NCBI GenBank assembly: GCA_014727915.1 | Contig: WJMO01000013.1 | Location: 1-33,167, forward strand | Direction: 5' to 3' | Origin: Candidatus Altiarchaeales archaeon | Lineage (GTDB): Archaea; Altiarchaeota; Altiarchaeia; IMC4; SCGC-AAA252-I15 | Length of the DNA stretch: 33,167 nucleotides | Part shown: in pieces, positions 25,601 through 33,167 of the stretch | Position numbering within the stretch: position 1 is the first letter of the stretch | Layout: each line of letters begins with the position of its first letter | The notes under the pieces: model-generated | The model's input: only the letters and a program-made list of their open reading frames with translations | Databases searched by the model: none | Told to the model about the DNA's origin: nothing | Position numbers and translations under genes: made by a program

Positions 25601-25858
25601 TTATTTAAGCTTGGCTGACAGTTCCTTGGAGAACTGTTTCCAGGTCTTGTCCAAGCCAGTGACCGCCTTCTTCAAATCGGCCATGGCATCATCCCCCTCC
25701 ACGTGAAGCCTCACATCCTTGTAAAGCGGGTGGGGCTCATACCAGTAGGCGTCGACTCCCGAATCCTGCAGGAGCTTAGACAAGGCTACCGCAACCTCCT
25801 TCTCGTCGAACTTCACCTCAACGACGCCCTTCTTCTTCTCCAAAAACTCGAACTCCAT
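25601..25858 (-). CDS. rpoL: DNA-directed RNA polymerase subunit L (Rpo11), divergent
   Basis: Y..PHPL motif, 85 aa, C-terminal helix, directly downstream of csl4 as in many archaea. Confidence 0.8.
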   Translation of the reverse strand: MEFEFLEKKKGVVEVKFDEKEVAVALSKLLQDSGVDAYWYEPHPLYKDVRLHVEGDDAMADLKKAVTGLDKTWKQFSKELSAKLK

Positions 25859-25859
25859 C

Positions 25860-26417
25860 TTAGAAATCACTCACTTTACCGTAGTCCTTGGCTATCTTCC
25901 GCTTCTCGATGTGCCCGCATGATGGGCACTTCAGCTTGTCCTTGCCCTTGTCCGACTTCTCCATCTCCTTCCTGCACCTCTTGCAGAAGGCCTTCACGAC
26001 GCCGTAGTCCCCTTTGGTGGAGATGTCGATGACGTTACCGTCCATCTTCACGACGGTGGCCTTCACTATGTCCCCTATGCCGAACAGGTCCTCTGGCTTC
26101 TCAACGTAGCTGTCGTCTATGTTGGAAACGTATATTGCGGTCCTCTCGTCTATGTTGCCCTTCTGGCCTGCGATCTTGCTCACGATTACCGTGACCATGC
26201 TGGTCCTGAAGCCCATGACCTGCCCGAACACCGTCTGCCCGACAGCCAAGGCGGGAAGTCCCTTGCCCTTTACCTCGGCCACGTGCCTCTTGGAGTCGAT
26301 AGCCTTGAAACCGACTTTCGCCGCGTATATCTTGCCTTCTTCGGCGTATGTACCCTCCCCGGGCGTGAACTCCTCGATGGTGCCCAGGTAATCGCCGACC
26401 ATAACCTTATCATCCAT
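25860..26417 (-). CDS. csl4: Exosome complex RNA-binding protein Csl4
   Basis: GD.LG..EEF.PGEGTY, S1 domain (F..GDIVKA.V), GVVKAFC..C...C..CG..E.RK.A..YG. Confidence 0.95.
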   Translation of the reverse strand: MDDKVMVGDYLGTIEEFTPGEGTYAEEGKIYAAKVGFKAIDSKRHVAEVKGKGLPALAVGQTVFGQVMGFRTSMVTVIVSKIAGQKGNIDERTAIYVSNIDDSYVEKPEDLFGIGDIVKATVVKMDGNVIDISTKGDYGVVKAFCKRCRKEMEKSDKGKDKLKCPSCGHIEKRKIAKDYGKVSDF

Positions 26418-26500
26418 TCTGCAAAAATATCCTCTCTCTTAGACCTATATACTATAAACTACGCATATAAAAAACCCCTAGAACGTCTGTTACCGGGGGA

Positions 26501-27745
26501 TCAAGTGCCCTCCTCCCAGCTTTCCAGGTATTTCCGCTGCTCGGGTGTGAGCTCGTCTATCCGCACTCCCATGGTCTCCAGCTTCATCCGAGCCACCATC
26601 TCATCCACTTCCCTCGGTATCATATGCACGCCGGCTTCGAGGTCGTTGTCTTGGATGTACCTGCAGGCCATGCTCTGGTTGGCGAAGCTCATGTCCATGA
26701 CCTCGCTCGGATGCCCTTCGGCTGCCGCGAGGTTCACCAGCCTGCCTTCGGCGAGGAGGTAGATGTGCCTGCCGTCCTTCAGGTCGTACCTTTCCACGTT
26801 GTCCCTTATGGTCTTCTTGCCCTTGCTCATCTTCTCGAGCTCGGGTATGTCTATCTCGATGTTGAAGTGCCCGCTGTTGCAGACCACCGCGCCTGATTTC
26901 ATCTTCTCAAAGTGACGTTTGCCTATGATATCCCGGTCCCCGGTGACCGTTATGAAGATGTCTCCCATGCAGGCCGCGTCGTCCATGGGCATGACCATGT
27001 ACCCGTCCATGGCCGCCCGCAACGCGAGTATCGGGTCGACTTCCGTGACGATGACCTGCGATCCCATGCCCTTCGCCCTGGCTGCCACCCCCCGGCCGCA
27101 CCACCCGTATCCTCCGACCACAACGACCTTGCCCGCGAAGAGTATGCTGGTGGCCCGGAGTATGCCGTCGATGGTGCTCTGCCCCGTTCCATAATGGTTG
27201 TCGAACATGTGCTTGGTGTCCGCGTCGTTGGTCGCCATCACCGGATACTTCAGCGCACCGTCATTCTCCATCGCCCGCAGCCTTATGATTCCGGTGGTGG
27301 TCTCCTCGCACCCTCCCCTAATGTCCTTCAGAAGCTCTGTCCGCTCCTTGTGGACGGTGAATATGAGGTCGGCGCCGTCGTCGATTGTTATGTTGGGCTT
27401 GTGGTCCAATACCCTGTTGATGTTCTCATAGTACTCCTCGTTGGTCTCCCCCCTCCACGCGTAGACGTCCACTTTGTTCTTCGCGAGGGCGGCGGCCACG
27501 TCATCCTGAGTGGACAACGGGTTGCAACCGGTTATGGCGACCTTGGCTCCCCCCGCTATCAGCGTCTCCACCAACACGGCGGTCTCCTTAGTAACGTGCA
27601 GCGCGAAGCCTACGCTAACGCCCTTCAACGGCTTGTCTCTCCTGAAGCCCTCCCGTATCCTCATCAGCACGGGCATGTGGGCTTCAGCCCATTCTATCTT
27701 CATCCTACCAGAGCCCGCAAGCTTCATATCCTTTACGCCGCTCAT
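26501..27745 (-). CDS. ahcY: Adenosylhomocysteinase
   Basis: [49 protein letters not shown] and [13 protein letters not shown] motifs; true start is ATG 27745. Confidence 0.97.
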   Translation of the reverse strand: MSGVKDMKLAGSGRMKIEWAEAHMPVLMRIREGFRRDKPLKGVSVGFALHVTKETAVLVETLIAGGAKVAITGCNPLSTQDDVAAALAKNKVDVYAWRGETNEEYYENINRVLDHKPNITIDDGADLIFTVHKERTELLKDIRGGCEETTTGIIRLRAMENDGALKYPVMATNDADTKHMFDNHYGTGQSTIDGILRATSILFAGKVVVVGGYGWCGRGVAARAKGMGSQVIVTEVDPILALRAAMDGYMVMPMDDAACMGDIFITVTGDRDIIGKRHFEKMKSGAVVCNSGHFNIEIDIPELEKMSKGKKTIRDNVERYDLKDGRHIYLLAEGRLVNLAAAEGHPSEVMDMSFANQSMACRYIQDNDLEAGVHMIPREVDEMVARMKLETMGVRIDELTPEQRKYLESWEEGT

Positions 27746-27799
27746 TTTGAATGAAACTATTAAGAGTATAATATTAATAACCTTGGAAGGTGTTCCCTC

Positions 27800-29023
27800 A
27801 TGGATGGTAAGGCCCGGAAGAAGATACGGGAGGTCGGCGACGCCGACATAGTGGTCGCGACCCCAACCTACAATAATGTCTCCACGGTGGCGTTCGTCAT
27901 CTGCCAGATCGCCCGGGGCTTGGAACGGAATTTCCCCCGGCGGAAGTCCGTGATACTGGTATCGGACGGCGGCTCGACCGACGGAACCCCTGAGGTCTCG
28001 CGTGTGGTGAAGACCAAGGCAGACAAGATAGTATTCAAATACGACCCATACGATGGGGTGGTGGGGAAGGGCGCTGCCATCCGCTCCACATTCGAGATAG
28101 CGGAGGAGCTTGGCGCGAAAGCCTATGCGATGATAGACTCTGACATGCGGAGCGTCAGCCCCGAGTGGATGAAGCTGCTCCTGGGCCCCTGCCTGAAGCG
28201 GGAGTGCGACCTCATCACGCCGTACTACAGCAGGTACAAGTATGACGGGACCATCACCAACTTCATAACCCACCCTATGACGCAGATGCTGTTCGGCAAG
28301 CGGATACGACAGCCCATCGGCGGCGACTTCGGCCTGTCCAAGAGGCTGTTGGATAGGATGCTGGGCAGCCCGTTGATCGACAGGCCGGAGACGAACAGGT
28401 TCGGCATCGACATCTTCATGACAGGCACCGCGTTGGGGGAGGGCCTGAAGGTCGGGGAGGCCGTTCTGGGCGTTAAGACGCACGATGCCAAGGACCCGGC
28501 GGGGGACTTGAAGCCCATGTTCAACGAGGTATTGAGGAGCCTGTTCAACGTCATGGACCACTACCGGGAAGTCTGGTGTGGTGTTCGCGACAGCCATGCT
28601 GTTAAGAGGTACAGGGGGGATATAAGGTTCAGCGAGCCGGAGCCGTTCGAGGTGAACGTGCAGGTCATGCTGGACAGCTTCCTGAAGGCCCGGAAGAGGC
28701 ATTCAACGTTCCTGAAGAAGGTGTTTCCCGCGGAACTTTCCCGGAGCATCGAGGCCATCTCCGACATGAAGGAGTCCTTCTACTTCGGCAGTGACCTCTG
28801 GGTCGACACGGTATACAACATAGCTCCAGCCTACCTCGCGGCTGACGAGAAGGCGAGAGCGAGGATCCTGGACCTTTTCTGCGGTCTCTGGCTGGGTAGG
28901 GTGGCATACTTCACCATGGAGAGCAGGGACATGAACAACCGGGAGGCGGAACACCTTATAGAGGATCAGGCTTTGAAGTTCGAGGAGCGGAAGAGCGAGC
29001 TAGAAGAGCTCCTATGCATGTAA
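27800..29023 (+). CDS. GT-A glycosyltransferase, glucosylglycerate/mannosylglycerate synthase-like
   Basis: [47 protein letters not shown] and K.HD.KDP...L.PMF motifs. Confidence 0.8.
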   Translation: MDGKARKKIREVGDADIVVATPTYNNVSTVAFVICQIARGLERNFPRRKSVILVSDGGSTDGTPEVSRVVKTKADKIVFKYDPYDGVVGKGAAIRSTFEIAEELGAKAYAMIDSDMRSVSPEWMKLLLGPCLKRECDLITPYYSRYKYDGTITNFITHPMTQMLFGKRIRQPIGGDFGLSKRLLDRMLGSPLIDRPETNRFGIDIFMTGTALGEGLKVGEAVLGVKTHDAKDPAGDLKPMFNEVLRSLFNVMDHYREVWCGVRDSHAVKRYRGDIRFSEPEPFEVNVQVMLDSFLKARKRHSTFLKKVFPAELSRSIEAISDMKESFYFGSDLWVDTVYNIAPAYLAADEKARARILDLFCGLWLGRVAYFTMESRDMNNREAEHLIEDQALKFEERKSELEELLCM

Positions 29024-29024
29024 A

Positions 29025-29600
29025 GTGGCTGAAGAGTACGTTGGGCGGAAGTTCGAGACGGAGTTCGTGGAGGGTGACCCACCTCATTCAGAGATTGTGG
29101 GAGAGATAATCTCGGCGGGTAAGGCCCTTCACGCCATGGGCTTGACCCCGGAGAACGCCGGCAACATATCAGTGCGCACTGAAAATGGGCTGTTGATAAC
29201 GGTCGGGGGAGTGAGCAAAGGCGAACTGAATCCAGATGACGTTGTTGAAGTGGTCGACTTCAACTTCTCAAGGGTGAAGGCAGTCGGCAGGAAAGAACCT
29301 TCGAGCGAGGTGCCCATGCACTGGCTCATCTACCAATGTTACCCGATGGCCAAGGCCGTGATACACGCACATGACATGCTGGCAGTCGATAACGCGGACA
29401 AGCTAAAGCTTACCGCCGGCGTTCACTCGACAAAGGAGATGGCATCATATGGCACCGAAGACCAGGCCTACCAGGTCGTGGAGGCTTTGAAGCACGTCCA
29501 ATACGCAGTGATACGCGGGCACGGCATCGTGTGCATGGGAGAATCACTTGATGAGGCGTTGGAGCTCATAATCAACGTCCATAAATCTTTGAAAAAATGA
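29025..29600 (+). CDS. Class II aldolase/adducin family protein
   Basis: GNISVR, PSSE.PMH..IY, VIHAH and RGHG metal-ligand motifs. Confidence 0.9.
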   Translation: MAEEYVGRKFETEFVEGDPPHSEIVGEIISAGKALHAMGLTPENAGNISVRTENGLLITVGGVSKGELNPDDVVEVVDFNFSRVKAVGRKEPSSEVPMHWLIYQCYPMAKAVIHAHDMLAVDNADKLKLTAGVHSTKEMASYGTEDQAYQVVEALKHVQYAVIRGHGIVCMGESLDEALELIINVHKSLKK

Positions 29601-30091
29601 AGGTAGCCTTCAGGCGGGTCCGTGAAAAAGACCTGAAGAGGCTGAATGACATAGTGAACGACGAGGAGACCGCCCGCTTTCTCCATCTAATCCCGCCCGT
29701 TTCGTTGAAGAAGACCCGCGAGGCCTATGAGGAATTCAAAAGGAAAAGACACCATTGGTATGTGGTTGTCGTGGACGGAGACATCGCGGGCTCGTTCACT
29801 CTGAACCCCAACCCGAAGAACACTAAATGCGCTCACGTCGGGCGGTTCGGGATATGCATCGCCCGTGAATACTGGGGCTTGGGCGTCGGCGACAGGATAA
29901 TACGCTACGCGCTCCGGGAAGCGAGGAAGCTAAACCTTAAAAGGGTCGAATTGACGGTTGTGAAAGGCCATAGGCGGGCTATCCGCCTCTACAGGAGGCA
30001 CGGGTTCAAAAAGGAGGGGGTTAAAAAGGATGCGTTCAAAATAAAGGGTAGATACCATGACATGATGGTCATGGCGAGGTGGTTGGGTTGA
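29597..30091 (+). CDS. GNAT family N-acetyltransferase
   Basis: GI.I..EYWGLGVG, R.ELTV, AIRLYRRHGF..EG motifs. Confidence 0.9.
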   Translation: MKVAFRRVREKDLKRLNDIVNDEETARFLHLIPPVSLKKTREAYEEFKRKRHHWYVVVVDGDIAGSFTLNPNPKNTKCAHVGRFGICIAREYWGLGVGDRIIRYALREARKLNLKRVELTVVKGHRRAIRLYRRHGFKKEGVKKDAFKIKGRYHDMMVMARWLG

Positions 30092-30561
30092 AATCATTGG
30101 TGGTCTACTACTCCCGGTCGGGCAACACGAGAAAGGTCGCCGAGGAGGTCGCGAATCTCTTGGGCGCTGAAATCGACGAGATAGAAGAGGACAAGTCCAG
30201 GGGAGGCCCCCTGGGTTTCATATTCTCCTGCCTTGATGGTGTCCTGAAGAAGGAGGCCCGTATCAGGATGCCCGAGGCCAACCACTCCCAGTATGACCTG
30301 CTTGTGTTAGGCACTCCCGTGTGGGCTGGCAGCATGTCCACTCCGATGAGGTCCTATCTGAAGCTCGCGTGCAAGTCCCTGCCCCGGGTGGCTTTCTTCT
30401 GCACCCACGGAGGTTCGGGGGCGAGCAAGGCCTTTTTGGAGATGTCCAAGGTCTGCGGGTCGGACCCCATAGCCACACTGGCTTTGACCGAGAAGGAGCT
30501 CGCCCAACAACGCTATGGGGGGAAGGTCAAATCCTACGTGGAGGAGATTATTAACTCATGA
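30088..30561 (+). CDS. Flavodoxin family protein
   Basis: YYSRSGNT, YD...LGTPVW and AFFCT.GG motifs; start TTG 30088 (GTG 30079 is an alternative). Confidence 0.9.
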   Translation: MKSLVVYYSRSGNTRKVAEEVANLLGAEIDEIEEDKSRGGPLGFIFSCLDGVLKKEARIRMPEANHSQYDLLVLGTPVWAGSMSTPMRSYLKLACKSLPRVAFFCTHGGSGASKAFLEMSKVCGSDPIATLALTEKELAQQRYGGKVKSYVEEIINS

Positions 30562-30576
30562 GACAAATCATTATCA

Positions 30577-31560
30577 ATGACCTCTGAATCCCGGTTCTTC
30601 AAGAGGGCCAGGGCGGTCGTTGACCACGTTAAAAGGCTGAAAGGCCTTCGCAACGACGGCAAGCTGGGGGAGGCCGAGTATTCCGAGAAGGTCAAGCGCT
30701 TGAGCGCTGAGATGCTGGTGTTGAGGGATGAGCACATAAAGCTTTTGGAGTCCAAGATATCCTCGGCGGACCTGGCCATCGGGGGGCTGGAGGGCCAGAG
30801 GGACTCTGGAGTATTGTCCTCCGACGAGTTCCACAGGCTCAAGCGGAAGCTCAGCATGGAACGGCGGGAGCTGGACTCCGAATTGGACATGCTCCAGCTC
30901 TGCGACAGCGAGGAGTATGCCTCATACCTTCGGAAGCAGGTGGAAGCCGACGCCCTGAACAAGAGGTTCGAATGGACTGACGGTCTGGAAATGTACGGGA
31001 AGGCGGTCGGCTCTTCCGACACAGACTCTCCTCCGCGATGGGCTGCTGCCGTGGTGTTGGCCATGGTCGGATTGTCGGTCTTGGCTGCGGTAGCGTCGGG
31101 CAAAGAGCATGCCCTCGTCCTCTTCCCCTCGTTTACTCTAGCGCTCATAGTCCTGTACTCGTACCTATTGCATGCTTCCACGTACCTGGCGGGGTTGGAT
31201 CTTGCGTCTGTCGGCCGGGCCCTCACCTGCCTGATGATGACAGCGCTCATGTCGACCGCTATAATGTCCGTCGTCCTGCTAATAAGCGCCGTAGTCCTGT
31301 CCATAACCTTCTCCACTTCCCTGCCGGGCGCTTTCACGTCTGAGGTGCTGAAGGCATCATACCTGAACCTGCTCGAGGTGGTCTGTCTGGTTGTGGTGTT
31401 GGTAGTGTTCGTGTTCAGCGTCCATGAAGTATATCACACCACCCTGTGGGCGTCCGTCCTGACAGTCATCGTCCACTGCATACTGTCGGTGCTGGCCGCC
31501 CTGTCGATGTTCCTCCTGTTCCTCTCCCTTCCAGAGGAGGTTTTTATTCTTCTCCTCTGA
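30577..31560 (+). CDS. Hypothetical membrane protein (N-terminal coiled coil, about 5 TM segments)
   Basis: Charged helical first half, hydrophobic second half; in operon context. Confidence 0.7.
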   Translation: MTSESRFFKRARAVVDHVKRLKGLRNDGKLGEAEYSEKVKRLSAEMLVLRDEHIKLLESKISSADLAIGGLEGQRDSGVLSSDEFHRLKRKLSMERRELDSELDMLQLCDSEEYASYLRKQVEADALNKRFEWTDGLEMYGKAVGSSDTDSPPRWAAAVVLAMVGLSVLAAVASGKEHALVLFPSFTLALIVLYSYLLHASTYLAGLDLASVGRALTCLMMTALMSTAIMSVVLLISAVVLSITFSTSLPGAFTSEVLKASYLNLLEVVCLVVVLVVFVFSVHEVYHTTLWASVLTVIVHCILSVLAALSMFLLFLSLPEEVFILLL

Positions 31561-31570
31561 TAATGGGAAC

Positions 31571-32551
<981 letters not shown>

Positions 32552-32596
32552 ACAATGTTCAACACTTTTTAAGGTGTTTTGCCCTGATAATCCCTT

Positions 32597-33082
32597 ATGG
32601 ACTTCGGGTTGGGGTTTATCATCGGCCTCTGCGCGGTCTCAGTGCTGGGGGCCTACATATACTCCAGGTGGTATGCTCACTTCTACAAGCTGCCCCACCT
32701 CTCCCGGACGGAGATAAGCCTGCAGATCGACGAGAAGGTCGTCTACCTTCCCCACGTCTCCTCGGTCCGCGAGGAGTTCGTGTTCAGCATGTTCCTCATG
32801 CTCGTGACCGCCCTCCTGGGCTTCATAGTCTACCTTCTAGCCTTCTACCTGCTGGACATGTACTTGGACGGTATCATGGCCAACATGGCCTTGGCCATGC
32901 TGCTGACCGGCTTGGGCGGAGCCTTGGGTTTTGCTTTGAGCCTGTCGAAGAAGACGGTCATCTACGAATCCAGCGGATCCCATCACACCCTGCATTTGAA
33001 GGACATTGACACGGTCCAGTTCCGCCAGGAGCTGACCAGGGACATCTGGGACTACTACAAGCAAATACACAAAGTCAAATAA
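32597..33082 (+). CDS. Hypothetical membrane protein (3 TM segments)
   Basis: Three hydrophobic segments; TTTTAA box about 25 nt upstream, so probably leaderless. Confidence 0.7.
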   Translation: MDFGLGFIIGLCAVSVLGAYIYSRWYAHFYKLPHLSRTEISLQIDEKVVYLPHVSSVREEFVFSMFLMLVTALLGFIVYLLAFYLLDMYLDGIMANMALAMLLTGLGGALGFALSLSKKTVIYESSGSHHTLHLKDIDTVQFRQELTRDIWDYYKQIHKVK

Positions 33083-33167
33083 ATCATAAAATATTCAAAA
33101 TTATTTGAAAAAAAATATAAACTGTTTGAAATACCAAGCTTTTTTATTTCCTGGTCTGAATACTCTA

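Noticed and set aside
26501-28702. 733-aa ORF suggesting an N-terminally extended AhcY
   Set aside because: The extension is the antisense shadow of the glycosyltransferase. AhcY homology begins at ATG 27745, after an AT-rich promoter gap.

Overview
Archaeal chromosomal window: Csl4, RpoL, a DUF106 protein, TATA-like promoters and GGAGGTG SD sites. A high-GC Altiarchaeota/DPANN-type lineage is plausible but is an inference. Left to right: the 3' end of an AAA+ ATPase gene; a nine-gene minus-strand cluster (DUF134, Mrp/NBP35, two small proteins, J-domain, AhpD-like, DUF89, radical SAM, TrmO); small and orphan genes; a bacterial-type asnO-ngg (NAGGN osmolyte) pair; a frameshifted membrane gene; a Thr-variant sulfatase; a sulfur amino acid block (metY-metX, a divergent HTH regulator, and cysK-cysE-tRNA-Cys-cysS); a KaiC-like cassette; csl4-rpoL; ahcY; and a run with a glucosyl/mannosylglycerate synthase-like enzyme, class II aldolase, GNAT, flavodoxin and mtnA. 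The best finding is absent from the ORF track: an 18-codon poly-Cys leader ORF ([18 protein letters not shown]) with a hairpin over its stop codon, directly upstream of cysK. It is a candidate cysteine-sensing ribosome-mediated attenuator in an archaeon. It comes with a TTAAC-N3/4-GTTAA palindrome at three promoters and an A37 tRNA-Cys embedded in the operon. A second hidden micro-ORF (MFGPGCGPGCH) has a strong SD and a terminator. All calls rest on motif recognition by eye; no searches were run.
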